Positions 19,893-30,448 are shown, counted from the stretch's first letter. The stretch: DNA of 64,000 bases from Candidatus Aminicenantes bacterium (GCA_026991555.1 JALXBI010000009.1:8984-72983); one strand, 5' to 3'. Numbers and translations: made by a program. The notes: generated from the letters alone by a model not told the origin.

Positions 19893-20683
19893 AAATCTCC
19901 CAGGCCCTTTATTTTGCAAAGAAAAAGCTGAAGGGCTTCGTGGAGAATCCCTTCTTTGAAGCAGAACTTTTGGTAAGAAAAATTCTTAACCTAACCCGGG
20001 AGGAACTCTATTCTAAGGACCTGCAGGTGAGCAGGAAGAAGCTGCTTGAACTGATAGAGTTAAGGAAAAAAAGATATCCCATTCAATACATCCTTGGTGA
20101 GGTGGAGTTTTACTCTAAGAAGTTCTGGGTAAGGGAGGGGGTTTTCATCCCCAGACCGGAGACGGAAACCTTAGTGGAAGCGGGAATAAAGTTCATCCCG
20201 AGGGGAACGAGGGTTATAGAAGTTGGCACCGGCTCAGGGGTAATTGCCATTACCTTAGCCTTAGAAAGACCTGACCTTGAGCTATTCGCCGATGACATAA
20301 GCTGGAAGGCAGTTTCCCTTGCCCGGGAAAACGCCAGGGAACTGGGGGCAGACGTGAATTTCGTAGTGGGGGACTGTCTCCTTCCCTTCAGGGGAAAGTT
20401 TGGGGCAGTGATAAGCAATCCCCCCTATGTGGCTCCCGGGGAAGAGGTTTCCCCGGAGCTGGCCTGGGAACCCCAGCAGGCATACTTAGCTCCTCCCGAC
20501 GGGCTTTCCTTTATAAAAAGACTTCTAAGGGAAGCGGAGGCTGTTCTTTCTCCCCACGGAATAATCCTTCTTGAAATTTCCCCAACCCAGGCCCGGTTTC
20601 TGAAGGAAGAATACAGGGCGGGGATTATCAGGGACCTTTACGGAAGGGAAAGGGTGGCCGTGGTCAGTTACGGAAGTGGTTGA
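19889..20683 (+). CDS. prmC: Release factor glutamine methyltransferase
   Basis: IPRPETE, EVGTGSG, SNPPY; follows prfA. Confidence 0.95.
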   Translation: MKISQALYFAKKKLKGFVENPFFEAELLVRKILNLTREELYSKDLQVSRKKLLELIELRKKRYPIQYILGEVEFYSKKFWVREGVFIPRPETETLVEAGIKFIPRGTRVIEVGTGSGVIAITLALERPDLELFADDISWKAVSLARENARELGADVNFVVGDCLLPFRGKFGAVISNPPYVAPGEEVSPELAWEPQQAYLAPPDGLSFIKRLLREAEAVLSPHGIILLEISPTQARFLKEEYRAGIIRDLYGRERVAVVSYGSG

Positions 20684-20708
20684 GTAAAAGAAGTGTATTT
20701 TATATAAT
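20680..20708 (+). promoter_or_regulatory. Sigma70 promoter for hppA
   Basis: TTGAGT-N17-TATAAT, GGAGGTG SD downstream. Confidence 0.6.
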
Positions 20709-20743
20709 AAGAACTCTTTAAAACCCAAGAGGGAGGTGAAGAA

Positions 20744-22945
20744 ATGGAATTCAACAATCTTTTTATTCTGGCTCCAGTGGCCGCAGTTCTTGCCCTTGTT
20801 TTTGCGTACCTTTTTTACCGGCAGATAATGAAGGTTCCTGAGGGAACCGAGAAAATGAAGGAAATAGCTCATGCGGTAAGGGTAGGGGCCAAAGCCTATC
20901 TGAAAAGGCAGTATGTGGTAGTTGCAATCTTTTTCGTTCTGACCAGTCTCTTTCTGGTTTTCCTCTCCTTTGTCCTTAAGGTGCAGTCCAGGTGGACAGC
21001 CTTCGCGTTTCTCACCGGAGGGTTTTTCTCGGCCCTTTCCGGTTATCTGGGAATGATGGCGGCCACCAATGCCTCTGCAAGGACCGCCAATTCCGCCCGA
21101 ACCTCCCTCAACAGCGCTTTAAAAGTAGCCTTCAGAGCCGGGGCCATTATGGGTCTGGTGGTGGTAGGTCTCGGGCTCATTGACATTTCCATCTGGTTCT
21201 CCGTTCTTCATTATCTGGTTAAATACGACTTGAGGCTTACCACTGTAACCCTTCTTTCCTTCGGAATGGGTGCCTCCCTTCAGGCCCTTTTTGCCAGGGT
21301 GGGAGGAGGAATTTTCACCAAGGCTGCGGATGTGGGAGCCGATTTGGTGGGAAAGGTGGAAGCGGGGATTCCCGAGGATGACCCCAGAAATCCTGCTGTT
21401 ATCGCCGACAATGTGGGGGATAATGTGGGGGATGTAGCAGGCATGGGTGCGGACCTTTACGAGAGCTATACCGGCTCCATTCTTTCCTCGGCTGCCTTAG
21501 GAGCCTCGGCCTTTTATGCTACCCAATATACCCTTAATGCGGTCATCCTTCCCATGGTGGTGGCGGCTGTGGGGATGGTGGCTTCCATAATAGGGATTTA
21601 CTTGGTCAAGGCCAAGGAGGATGCCAGCCAGAAGAACCTTCTTAATGCCTTAAATAGAGGTATATATGGGGCTTCCCTCCTCATAATAATAGCCACCTAT
21701 TTCATCATAAAGACTCTTCTTCCCCACAACATGGGAATTTTCGGTTCAGTGATAACAGGGCTTATTGTGGGCTTGATAATAGGAAAGTCCACGGAGTATT
21801 ACACCAGCTCCTCCTATGGGCCTACCCAGTTCATTGCGCACCAGTCCCTGACTGGACCGGCAACCACCATCCTGGGTGGTCTTTCCATAGGAATGCTTTC
21901 CACAGCTATCCCGGTTCTGGCAGTGGCCTTTGGCATTATCATAGCCTTCTGGGCTGCGGGAGGTTTTTCCCAGCCTATCTTAGGTCTATACGGAATAGGG
22001 ATAGCTGCGGTGGGGATGCTCTCCACCTTGGGGATAACCTTAGCAACAGATGCCTACGGTCCAGTGGCGGATAACGCCGGTGGGAATGCCCAGATGGCCG
22101 AGCTTCCCCCGGAGGTGAGAAAAAGAACCGATGCCTTGGATGCCTTAGGGAACACCACCGCTGCCACGGGAAAGGGTTTCGCTATAGGTTCTGCTGCCCT
22201 TACCGCCCTTGCCCTCCTTGCCGCCTACATCGAAGAGGTAAGGGGAGGATTGATAAGGCTGGTGAATAACGGATGGGTTTTCAAGGATATAGCGAAGGTG
22301 GTAGGCTCCACTGATGTGCAGGCCATATTAAACTGGCTTCATAAAGCCACCATAGGGGATTTTATGAGGCTTTTTGCCGTAAACCTCATGAATCCCAAGG
22401 TCATCGTGGGCATTTTCTTAGGCGCCATGATGCCCTTCTTCTTTTCCGGTCTTGCCATAAAGGCAGTGGGCAAGGCTGCCGGTGAGATGGTGGAGGAAGT
22501 AAGGCGCCAGTTCAGGGAGATAAAGGGATTGCTGGAGGGAAAGGCCAAACCTGATTATGCCACCTGCGTGGAGATTTCCACCAAGGGTGCCCAGAAGGCC
22601 ATGGTGGCCCCTGCCCTAACAGCGGTGCTTGCTCCCATAGTGACCGGTTTGCTCCTTGGTGTTTCCGGGGTTATGGGGCTTCTAATAGGGGCCCTGAGTT
22701 CCGGTTTCATCCTGGCTATATTTATGGCCAACGCCGGGGGAGCCTGGGACAACGCTAAAAAGTTCATTGAAGAGGGCAATTACGGAGGAAAGGGCTCCGA
22801 ACCCCACAAGGCGGGAGTGGTAGGGGATACCGTGGGAGATCCCCTAAAAGACACTGCAGGTCCTTCCCTCAATATTCTTATTAAGCTTATGAGCATGGTT
22901 TCGGTGGTGGTGGCAGGCCTTGTGGTGGCCTATCACCTCTTGTGA
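20744..22945 (+). CDS. hppA: Membrane-bound ion-pumping pyrophosphatase, K+-dependent, Na+,H+-PPase type
   Basis: [30 protein letters not shown] (Ala = K+-dependent), [10 protein letters not shown]. Confidence 0.97.
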   Translation: MEFNNLFILAPVAAVLALVFAYLFYRQIMKVPEGTEKMKEIAHAVRVGAKAYLKRQYVVVAIFFVLTSLFLVFLSFVLKVQSRWTAFAFLTGGFFSALSGYLGMMAATNASARTANSARTSLNSALKVAFRAGAIMGLVVVGLGLIDISIWFSVLHYLVKYDLRLTTVTLLSFGMGASLQALFARVGGGIFTKAADVGADLVGKVEAGIPEDDPRNPAVIADNVGDNVGDVAGMGADLYESYTGSILSSAALGASAFYATQYTLNAVILPMVVAAVGMVASIIGIYLVKAKEDASQKNLLNALNRGIYGASLLIIIATYFIIKTLLPHNMGIFGSVITGLIVGLIIGKSTEYYTSSSYGPTQFIAHQSLTGPATTILGGLSIGMLSTAIPVLAVAFGIIIAFWAAGGFSQPILGLYGIGIAAVGMLSTLGITLATDAYGPVADNAGGNAQMAELPPEVRKRTDALDALGNTTAATGKGFAIGSAALTALALLAAYIEEVRGGLIRLVNNGWVFKDIAKVVGSTDVQAILNWLHKATIGDFMRLFAVNLMNPKVIVGIFLGAMMPFFFSGLAIKAVGKAAGEMVEEVRRQFREIKGLLEGKAKPDYATCVEISTKGAQKAMVAPALTAVLAPIVTGLLLGVSGVMGLLIGALSSGFILAIFMANAGGAWDNAKKFIEEGNYGGKGSEPHKAGVVGDTVGDPLKDTAGPSLNILIKLMSMVSVVVAGLVVAYHLL

Positions 22946-22982
22946 TATAATAGGCCTGGAAAAACCTATAAGGAGGTTTAAG

Positions 22983-23246
22983 ATGGCCCTTATGATAACC
23001 GAAGAATGCATTAATTGCGGTGCCTGCGAACCTGAATGCCCCAACGAAGCTATTTATCAGGGAGCAGAGATTTTTGAAATTGACCCTGAAAAATGCACCG
23101 AGTGCGTGGGATTTTACGATGAACCCCAGTGCATTGCCGTCTGTCCCGTGGACTGCATAGTTCCTAATCCGGATTATCAGGAAACCAAAGAGCAGCTCCT
23201 GGAGAAGTTCAAGAGGCTCCATCCCGATAAGGAGCCAGTTCTTTAA
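22983..23246 (+). CDS. YfhL-family 2[4Fe-4S] ferredoxin
   Basis: CINCGACEPECP and CTECVG..PQCIAVCP; AGGAGG SD supports a start at 22983. Confidence 0.95.
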   Translation: MALMITEECINCGACEPECPNEAIYQGAEIFEIDPEKCTECVGFYDEPQCIAVCPVDCIVPNPDYQETKEQLLEKFKRLHPDKEPVL

Positions 23247-23262
23247 GCTGCAATAAAGGAGG

Positions 23263-23285
23263 AGGGGGGAGCAATCCCCCCTTTT
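23263..23285 (+). terminator. GC-rich hairpin with GCAA tetraloop and short U tail
   Basis: AGGGGGGA-GCAA-TCCCCCCT-TTT after the ferredoxin stop. Confidence 0.55.
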
Positions 23286-23290
23286 GAAAA

Positions 23291-24373
23291 ATGGAAGATA
23301 AAATAAAGGAAATACTTAAGACTGTAAAATTTCCGGGTTATACCAGGGACATTGTTTCCTTTGGTATGGTTAAAAACATAAAGGTAAGCGGTGATTCGGT
23401 TGAGATTGAACTTTACATAAACACCAGAAACCAGGAAGCTGCGGAAAAAGTCAGAAAGGAAGTAGAGGAGAAAGTTTCTTCCTTGGAGGGAATATCCAGA
23501 GTCACAGTAAAGCTTTCCACTTTAGCCCAGAAGGAGCCGCCAAAACCCAAGGCCCAGGTTTCTACCAAGTCCAGCCCCTTTGCTGATCAGAGAAAAATAG
23601 AAGGGGTTAAATGCGTGATAGCAGTGGCCTCCGGGAAAGGAGGGGTGGGAAAAACCACCGTGGCAGTTAATCTCGCCTTAGCCCTGGCAAAGAAAGGATA
23701 TAGCGTGGGGATAATGGATGCGGATGTTTACGGTCCCAATGTCCCCACCATGATGGGAATAGAGGGGGCTGTGCCCAGGGTAACCCAGGACAACAAGATA
23801 ATCCCGGTAGAAGTGGGAGGCATCAAGGTTATAAGCATAGGGTTCTTCGTGGAAAAGGACCAGCCCGTTATATGGAGAGGCCCCTTAGTTTCCAAGCTTA
23901 TAGAACAGTTCCTCAGGGACGTTATTTGGGCTCCCCTTGACATACTAATAGTTGACCTTCCCCCGGGAACCGGAGATGTGCAGCTTTCCTTAGTGCAGAA
24001 GGTTCCTGTGGATGGGGGAGTTGTGGTTACTACTCCCCAGGAGCTGGCCCTTCAGGATGCCAGGAAGGCCACAAAAATGTTTGAGGAAGTAGGAGTTCCA
24101 GTCATAGGCATAATAGAAAACATGAGTTACCTCATATGTCCCCATTGCGGAAAGAGAATAGACCTGTTTCCCCATGCAGGAGCCCAGAAAGCCGCCCAGG
24201 ATATGAAAACCAAATATTTAGGGGAGATTCCCTTTGAGCCCAGGGCCGCTGAAGGTTCAGATGCAGGAAGACCTGTAGTCCTCTATTTCCCTGATTCTCC
24301 CCAGACCGAAGCCTTCTTAAAGCTTGCGGATGTGGTGGTGAAGGAAACCGATTGTATTGAGCCGATCCAGTAA
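23291..24373 (+). CDS. apbC: Mrp/ApbC/NBP35 Fe-S carrier ATPase
   Basis: N-terminal DUF59-like region, SGKGGVGKTT, DADVYGP, DLPPGTGD, CPHC. Confidence 0.95.
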   Translation: MEDKIKEILKTVKFPGYTRDIVSFGMVKNIKVSGDSVEIELYINTRNQEAAEKVRKEVEEKVSSLEGISRVTVKLSTLAQKEPPKPKAQVSTKSSPFADQRKIEGVKCVIAVASGKGGVGKTTVAVNLALALAKKGYSVGIMDADVYGPNVPTMMGIEGAVPRVTQDNKIIPVEVGGIKVISIGFFVEKDQPVIWRGPLVSKLIEQFLRDVIWAPLDILIVDLPPGTGDVQLSLVQKVPVDGGVVVTTPQELALQDARKATKMFEEVGVPVIGIIENMSYLICPHCGKRIDLFPHAGAQKAAQDMKTKYLGEIPFEPRAAEGSDAGRPVVLYFPDSPQTEAFLKLADVVVKETDCIEPIQ

Positions 24374-25229
24374 ATTTCCCTGGATTCAATTAGGACTTTT
24401 CGTAATCACCCTTTTAACCACCTTAGCCTGGGGTGCCCTTCACTGGTTTGGCTTTTACAAACCCGAGGCAAGCTCTGAGGAGATTTATCAGGCCTTTAAG
24501 AGCCTCAAATTCATAAAATTAGGTGCCCCCTTTTCCCTCTCCCTCCTTTTCATCCTCCTTTCCCACGAAATGGGTCATTACCTTACAGCAAGGGCCTATG
24601 GGGTGGAGACCACCCTTCCTTACTTCATTCCCGCCCCTAACATCCTGGGAACCTTCGGCGCGGTCATAAGGATAAAATCCCCGGTCCCTTCAAGGAGGGC
24701 ACTTTTTGACATAGGGCTGGCTGGCCCGCTGATCGGTTTTTTGGCTACCATCCCCTTTCTCCTTTATGGGCTTTCCCACGCCGTTGTGCTTTCTTCCCCT
24801 CCAGCGGAGGGAATCTTTCTGGGAGACCCCCTTCTTTTAAAAATTCTTTATAAATTTTATTTCCCTGGCATTTCGCCCCAGTCGGTGGTAATCCATCCCG
24901 TGGGCTTAGCTGCATGGGTGGGTCTTTTCGTTACCTCCCTGAATCTTCTTCCTGTGGGACAGCTGGACGGAGGCCATATTGCCTATGCGGTTCTGGGACA
25001 TGAAGCGGACAAGCTTTCCTGGGCTCTGATGTTTTTTCTGATTTATCTGGGAGTTTTTAAGTGGGCAGGCTGGTTAATTTGGGCGGTTCTCCTGGTGTTT
25101 ATAGGAATAAGACATCCCCATTTTGGGTATTACGATAAACTGGACAGGGTAAGACTGGCCCTTTCCGTGGTTGCCCTTTTAATATTTTTACTAACCTTCA
25201 TTCCTGTTCCGGTGGTTTTGAAGGGCTGA
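24357..25229 (+). CDS. Site-2 protease (M50)
   Basis: HEMGH, AGP, NLLPVGQLDGGH. Confidence 0.93.
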   Translation: MSRSSKFPWIQLGLFVITLLTTLAWGALHWFGFYKPEASSEEIYQAFKSLKFIKLGAPFSLSLLFILLSHEMGHYLTARAYGVETTLPYFIPAPNILGTFGAVIRIKSPVPSRRALFDIGLAGPLIGFLATIPFLLYGLSHAVVLSSPPAEGIFLGDPLLLKILYKFYFPGISPQSVVIHPVGLAAWVGLFVTSLNLLPVGQLDGGHIAYAVLGHEADKLSWALMFFLIYLGVFKWAGWLIWAVLLVFIGIRHPHFGYYDKLDRVRLALSVVALLIFLLTFIPVPVVLKG

Positions 25230-25635
25230 GGGCGAAAAATTTAGCCCTGGCACTGGCTATTTCCGTCTTCCCCTCTATTAACCTTGCTGCGGTGGAATAG
25301 ATGTTCCGTCTTCTTCCTTCCACCCATCCCTCCACCCGGTATTCTCTTCCAGGTTCTGCTTTTTTCCTGAATCTTACACTAATTTCCACGGTGAAGGCTA
25401 TTATGTCCTGAAGGAGAAGGGCCTTAGCCATGGCCTCGTCCAGAACCGTGGTTACTATACCTCCATGAACAATTCCTGGATAGCCAACATAATTTTCGTG
25501 AAAAACTACCTTGGCTCTGGCTAAATTCCCTTCCCTTTCAAACCGAAGCTTAAGACCCCAGGGATTTTCTTTCCCGCAGGCGAAACAGCCTTCCCAGTTC
25601 AGCCAAGAACCTTCCTCACCCTTTCCATTGCCCAA
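25198..25635 (-). CDS. PaaI-family hotdog thioesterase
   Basis: CFACGKENPWGL, HGGIVTTVLDEAM; start uncertain. Confidence 0.88.
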   Translation of the reverse strand: MGNGKGEEGSWLNWEGCFACGKENPWGLKLRFEREGNLARAKVVFHENYVGYPGIVHGGIVTTVLDEAMAKALLLQDIIAFTVEISVRFRKKAEPGREYRVEGWVEGRRRNIYSTAARLIEGKTEIASARAKFFALSPSKPPEQE

Positions 25636-26789
25636 TCTATCTCCTCCTTGGTTATTACTAAAGGCGGGGCGAAGCGAAGGACATATTCGTGGGTTTCCTT
25701 GCAGAGAAGTCCCTCCTCCATAAGTTTCTCAGCATAAATTCTGGCTGGCTTTTTAAGTTCTACTCCTATGAGAAGTCCTCTTCCCCTTACTTCCACTATG
25801 TCCGGGTTGGAAAGTTTCCTGAGCTGGGCCATGAAGTATTTTCCCATCTCCGCTGCCCTTTCAGGAAGCCTTTCTTCCACAATGACATCCAGGGCCGCTA
25901 TTCCCACGGCAGCTCCCAAGGGATTTCCTCCGAAGGTTGAGCCGTGGTCTCCTGGATTGAAGACCCCGAGAATTTCCTTAGAGGAGGCAAAAACGGATAC
26001 AGGAAGAATTCCACCGCTTAAGGCCTTGCCGAGGATTATCCCGTCAGGCTTAACCCCCTCCCATTCCCATGCGAACATTTTTCCGGTCCTGCCGAGCCCT
26101 GTCTGAACCTCATCAAGTATCAGAAGAACATTGTGCTTTTTGGTGATTTCCCGGACCTTTTTGAGATATCCGTCCGGGGGTATTATTATACCTCCTTCTC
26201 CCTGGATGGGCTCTAAAAGAACGGCCACGGTATTTTCTGTTATTGCCCTTTCTATGGCTTCTGCGTCCCCATAGGGGACCAGTTTAAATCCAGGGGTAAA
26301 GGGTGAAAAACCGTCTCTGTATTGGGGTTCCGACGAAAAGGAGATTATGGTTATGGTTCTTCCGTGAAAATTACCCTGGGCAGCTATTATTTCTGCCTTA
26401 TCCTTTTCAACCCTCTTTACATAATACCCCCACTTTCTTACCGCCTTTAAGGCAGTTTCCACCGCCTCTGCTCCGGAATTCATGGGAAGGACCATCTCCA
26501 TCCCTGTTATTTCTGCAACCTTTTTCAGGAAAAGGGGGAGCTGGTCGTTGTAAAAGGCCCTGGAGGTAAGGGTCAACTTATCCAGCTGTTTCTTGGCAGC
26601 TTCCACTATTTTAGGGTGACGATGTCCCTGGTTGAGGGCAGAATAGGCGGAGAGCATGTCCATGTATTTCCTTCCTTCCACATCCCATACCCATACTCCT
26701 TCCCCTTTCTCTATAACTATAGGCAGAGGATGATAATTGTGGGCTCCGTAGCGGGAATCCATGTCCATAAGCTCCTGGGTTCTGCTCAT
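25599..26789 (-). CDS. rocD: Ornithine--oxo-acid aminotransferase
   Basis: AHNYHPLP, SAYSALNQGH, EPIQGEGG, DEVQTGLGRTG, GKALSGG. Confidence 0.95.
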   Translation of the reverse strand: MSRTQELMDMDSRYGAHNYHPLPIVIEKGEGVWVWDVEGRKYMDMLSAYSALNQGHRHPKIVEAAKKQLDKLTLTSRAFYNDQLPLFLKKVAEITGMEMVLPMNSGAEAVETALKAVRKWGYYVKRVEKDKAEIIAAQGNFHGRTITIISFSSEPQYRDGFSPFTPGFKLVPYGDAEAIERAITENTVAVLLEPIQGEGGIIIPPDGYLKKVREITKKHNVLLILDEVQTGLGRTGKMFAWEWEGVKPDGIILGKALSGGILPVSVFASSKEILGVFNPGDHGSTFGGNPLGAAVGIAALDVIVEERLPERAAEMGKYFMAQLRKLSNPDIVEVRGRGLLIGVELKKPARIYAEKLMEEGLLCKETHEYVLRFAPPLVITKEEIDWAMERVRKVLG

Positions 26790-26844
26790 TTTACCCTCCT
26801 TCGGTAAAAATAGGAGGAAATTATAACAGGGAAATGTGAAGAAT

Positions 26845-26873
26845 AAAAAAGGGCGGAGCCATAGGCTCCGCCC
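26845..26873 (-). terminator. Intrinsic terminator
   Basis: Perfect 10-bp stem GGGCGGAGCC/GGCTCCGCCC with a 3-nt loop and U6 on the minus strand, after the 26891 gene. Confidence 0.85.
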
Positions 26874-26890
26874 GTATTATCAGAAAGAAC

Positions 26891-27406
26891 TTAGATCTTC
26901 AGACCGAGTTCCAGGGCGCCGTAGGGGGCAACTCCCGAATACATTCCCAGACTCGTTCCTGCTATGGTGATACCTGAGTTCAGATAAATGGAAAGTCCAC
27001 CTTCTAAACCTATAACATATTTATCGCTGAAGATGGCTTTATATCCAATGGCACCGGTCACGGAGAACAACACGGTATTGGTAGTTTCACCAAGAAACTT
27101 GGCGCTCAGGATTCCCAGACTTCCATAAAGGGCAGCATACAAACCTTCTCCGCTCTTTCCTGCCTCTAAATATTTTCTAACCCCTCCGCTCACACCCAGT
27201 CCGAAGGCGCTCCATCCTCCGCTGGAATAAATGTAAAGGCTTCCTCCGAATACTGGATTGAGTCCCGAAGGCTTTATCATCTCTACATTTACATTGGGAA
27301 CTCCAAAGACTATGCCCACTGGATTTACCGAAATTATCTTAGAACCACTGTAAGCGGGTGCCGCAAGCAGCCCTAAAAGAGCAATGAATAGAAAGGCCTT
27401 CTTCAC
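26891..27406 (-). CDS. Small outer-membrane beta-barrel protein
   Basis: Signal peptide, alternating amphipathic strands, GGAGGTG SD, GTG start. Confidence 0.65.
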   Translation of the reverse strand: MKKAFLFIALLGLLAAPAYSGSKIISVNPVGIVFGVPNVNVEMIKPSGLNPVFGGSLYIYSSGGWSAFGLGVSGGVRKYLEAGKSGEGLYAALYGSLGILSAKFLGETTNTVLFSVTGAIGYKAIFSDKYVIGLEGGLSIYLNSGITIAGTSLGMYSGVAPYGALELGLKI

Positions 27407-27450
27407 CTTTCACCTCCTGCTAAATTTTTAGGTATTATAACACAGGAACG

Positions 27451-27951
27451 TTAACGAAGGGCCAGGGCTTTTTTTAGTTTTTTTATGGCAAATCTTTTTT
27501 TTAGTGGAGTGAGGTGGTCAATGAAAAGCACTCCATCCAGGTGGTCAACCTCGTGGCAAAATACCCTGGCCAGGAGACCCTCTGCCTCTATTTCCACTTC
27601 CTTGCCGTCTAAGTTGTATCCCTTTACCAGAACCCTGTATGGCCTTTTGACCATTTCCCTTATTCCTGGAAGGCTAAGGCATGCCTCTTCGTCCAGGTCC
27701 TCCCCTTCCTTTTCGACTATACGGGGATTGACCACCACGAATAGTTTTGAAGGGTCCTCTCCCACGGTAAGGTCCACGGTAATTAGCCTGATGGAAAATC
27801 CCACCTGAGGAGCTGCAAGGCCAATTCCCGGGGCATCATACATGGTCTCCACCATGGCCCTTGAAAGCTCCACCACTTCCCCATTTATATCGGAAATCTC
27901 TTCTGCCCTCTTTCTTAGAACCTTATCTCCGTATTTTCTTATCTCCAGCAT
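27451..27951 (-). CDS. def: Peptide deformylase
   Basis: GIGLAAPQ, EACLS, HEVDH. Confidence 0.97.
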   Translation of the reverse strand: MLEIRKYGDKVLRKRAEEISDINGEVVELSRAMVETMYDAPGIGLAAPQVGFSIRLITVDLTVGEDPSKLFVVVNPRIVEKEGEDLDEEACLSLPGIREMVKRPYRVLVKGYNLDGKEVEIEAEGLLARVFCHEVDHLDGVLFIDHLTPLKKRFAIKKLKKALALR

Positions 27952-27996
27952 AGGAATATTTTACCATTTTTTGTCGGTATGTAGTAAAATATGATT

Positions 27997-28125
27997 ATGA
28001 GAAAGATAGCTATTTTTCTCCTGATTTTTCTCCTTGTTTTCCTGGCCGTCCTCCTTGGTCTGGATTTCACTCCGCCTGAAAAATCTACCTTCTTAGCCTT
28101 TGCTACGCTCTTGCTGGGGAGATAG
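27997..28125 (+). CDS. 42-aa hydrophobic small protein (absent from the ORF track)
   Basis: MRKIAIFLLIFLLVFLAVLLGLDFTPPEKSTFLAFATLLLGR*; TAAAAT 6 nt upstream; ends 2 nt before tatA. Confidence 0.5.
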   Translation: MRKIAIFLLIFLLVFLAVLLGLDFTPPEKSTFLAFATLLLGR

Positions 28126-28127
28126 GG

Positions 28128-28346
28128 ATGTTTGGACTTGGCTGGCAGGAGCTTCTTCTGATATTCTTTATAGCGCTGCTGGTTTTTGGTCCAAGAAAAC
28201 TTCCGGAAATCGGAAGGTCCATAGGAAAGGCTATTGCAGAATTTAAGAAAAGTTCAGAGGAACTTAAAGAGGAAATAGAAAAGGCAGTGGATGAGGCAGA
28301 TAAGAAGGAGCCTGACTCTCTGAATGAAGAAAAGAAGGCCGGATGA
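28128..28346 (+). CDS. tatA: Twin-arginine translocase TatA/TatE
   Basis: MFGLGWQELLL..LLVFGPRKLPEIGRSIGK. Confidence 0.93.
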   Translation: MFGLGWQELLLIFFIALLVFGPRKLPEIGRSIGKAIAEFKKSSEELKEEIEKAVDEADKKEPDSLNEEKKAG

Positions 28347-29082
28347 TGACCTGAGCATACTTGACCACTTAGAGGAGCTGCGGAGAAGGGTTCTTTATTC
28401 CTTTATCGCAGTTTTAGTGGCCTTCGTGATCAACTGGTTCTTTGCCAAGCAGCTTTTCCGCATAATTGCAGAGCCCATTGTAAAGTATCTTCCTCCCGGA
28501 CACAAACTCGCTTTTACTTCCCTGACCTCCCCGTTTATGGTTTATCTGAAGGTGGCTTTTCTTGCTGCGCTTTTTTTCGCCTCCCCCTTCGTGGCATATC
28601 AGGCCTGGAAGTTCATTTCCCCTGCCCTCTATCCCCACGAGAAGAAATATGTGGTTCCCTTCGTCCTCTCCACATCCTTTTTCTTTGTTTTAGGTGGGCT
28701 CTTCGGTTATTTTGTAGTTTTTCCCTTCACATGTAGGTTTTTCCTTCAATTAGGGAGCGATTTTCAGCCTATTATAACCATAGACAAATACTTTAATCTG
28801 GCCATTGAGATAATCCTGGGGATAGCCATAGTTTTTGAGCTCCCGGTGGTGATTTTTATACTCTCCAAATTAGGAATTCTTACCCCTAAATTTATGATGA
28901 AGAACCTGAAATACGCGATATTAATAGCCTTCGTGGTGGCTGGTATTATAACCCCCACCCCTGATGCTATAACCCAGACCATAGTGGCTGGACCTTTTAT
29001 TCTTCTCTACATAATAGGAATTTTCGTGAGCTGGCTCGCCCAAGGCAAAAAGGAGGAAGTTGACACCGGGGAAAGCTCTTAA
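28324..29082 (+). CDS. tatC: Twin-arginine translocase TatC
   Basis: DHLEELRRR, QAWKFISPALYPHEK, FELP, ITPTPD. Confidence 0.96.
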   Translation: MKKRRPDDDLSILDHLEELRRRVLYSFIAVLVAFVINWFFAKQLFRIIAEPIVKYLPPGHKLAFTSLTSPFMVYLKVAFLAALFFASPFVAYQAWKFISPALYPHEKKYVVPFVLSTSFFFVLGGLFGYFVVFPFTCRFFLQLGSDFQPIITIDKYFNLAIEIILGIAIVFELPVVIFILSKLGILTPKFMMKNLKYAILIAFVVAGIITPTPDAITQTIVAGPFILLYIIGIFVSWLAQGKKEEVDTGESS

Positions 29083-29089
29083 ATATAAT
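29060..29089 (+). promoter_or_regulatory. Consensus sigma70 promoter, leaderless arrangement
   Basis: TTGACA(29060-29065)-N18-TATAAT(29084-29089), ATG 6 nt later. Confidence 0.75.
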
Positions 29090-29095
29090 CGCTTT

Positions 29096-30448
29096 ATGGC
29101 AAAAAGGGGAAAATGGAAATCGAGCCTGGGATTCGTTCTGGCCGCTGCCGGTTCTGCAGTGGGTCTTGGAAATATCTGGCGGTTTCCCTATGTAACCGGG
29201 AAAAATGGGGGGGCGGTCTTCCTTTTCGTTTACATCCTGGCGGTGCTTTTCCTGGGACTGGTGGTTATGTATGCGGAGCTTTCCCTGGGGAGGGCTACCC
29301 AAAAGAACCCTGTGGGGGCCTTTGAGAAAATTAAACCTGGTTCCCTCTGGAAGGGAGTGGGGTTTTTAGGGGTTTTTACAGGGGTTGGGATTCTCTCTTA
29401 TTATTCGGTAATAGCTGGCTGGACCCTTTATTATTTCTACATATCCTCCCTGGGTAAATTCACGGGCAATATAACAAAGGTGCAGGTGGATAAAATCTTC
29501 GCCTCCTTCGTTTCCAATCCTCTCCTTACCATTGTTATGTTGTTCCTATTTATCCTTCTTACCAGTTTCGTGGTTTCCCAGGGCATATCCTCAGGGATAG
29601 AGAAATGGACAGGGGTATTGATGCCTCTGCTTTTCCTTATACTTTTAGTTCTGTCGGTTTATTCCCTGACCCTGCCCGGGGCATCCCAGGGACTTTCCTT
29701 TTACCTCAGGCCAGATTTTTCCAAATTGGACCTTAAGATGATCCTGAGCGCCATAGGACAGGCCTTCTTCTCCCTGAGTCTCGGCATGGGAGCCATGATA
29801 ACCTACGGAAGTTATCTGTCCAGGGACGAAAATCTCTTCGCCTCCGGACTTGAAGTAGTTGGTTTTGACACCCTTGTGGCCTTTCTTGCAGGGATAATAA
29901 TTTTCCCAACGGTTTTTACCTATGGGCTTTCCCCCCAGGCTGGGGTTCCTTTAGTATTTAAAACCCTTCCCTTTACCTTCTCCAGGCTTCCTCTGGGAAG
30001 GCTCTTCGGTCCCCTTTTCTTTTTCCTGCTGGCAATAGCTGCCTTAACTTCTACCATAAGCCTTGTGGAGGTGGCAACTTCCTATCTTGTGGACGAGAAA
30101 AAATTACCCAGACCCTTGGCCGCATACATTGTAGGAGGAGTGGCATTTTTGATTGGAATTCCTTCGGCCCTTTCCACTTCCTCCAGATTTTTCTCAAATT
30201 TTGCCTTTGGGAAAAGTTTCCTTGATATTATGGATTACCTCTGGGCAAACATATCCCTGCCCTTGGGCGCTCTTCTTCTTTCCATTTTCGTGGCTTATGT
30301 TTGGGGGGCCAGGAATGCTGCTGTGGAAATCAGACCCGATAAGGCCAGAAAATTTCCCGGAGAGGACCTATGGGTGATTGACATAAAAATTTTCGTTCCC
30401 GTGGTTTTAGGGATAATTTTAATCTCAGCCCTTCTGGGGTTTTCATGA
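29096..30448 (+). CDS. Sodium-dependent transporter (NSS/SNF family)
   Basis: GSAVGLGNIWRFPY, QAFFSLSLG, AALTSTIS; the ATG at 29096 is preferred over the TTG at 29060. Confidence 0.95.
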   Translation: MAKRGKWKSSLGFVLAAAGSAVGLGNIWRFPYVTGKNGGAVFLFVYILAVLFLGLVVMYAELSLGRATQKNPVGAFEKIKPGSLWKGVGFLGVFTGVGILSYYSVIAGWTLYYFYISSLGKFTGNITKVQVDKIFASFVSNPLLTIVMLFLFILLTSFVVSQGISSGIEKWTGVLMPLLFLILLVLSVYSLTLPGASQGLSFYLRPDFSKLDLKMILSAIGQAFFSLSLGMGAMITYGSYLSRDENLFASGLEVVGFDTLVAFLAGIIIFPTVFTYGLSPQAGVPLVFKTLPFTFSRLPLGRLFGPLFFFLLAIAALTSTISLVEVATSYLVDEKKLPRPLAAYIVGGVAFLIGIPSALSTSSRFFSNFAFGKSFLDIMDYLWANISLPLGALLLSIFVAYVWGARNAAVEIRPDKARKFPGEDLWVIDIKIFVPVVLGIILISALLGFS

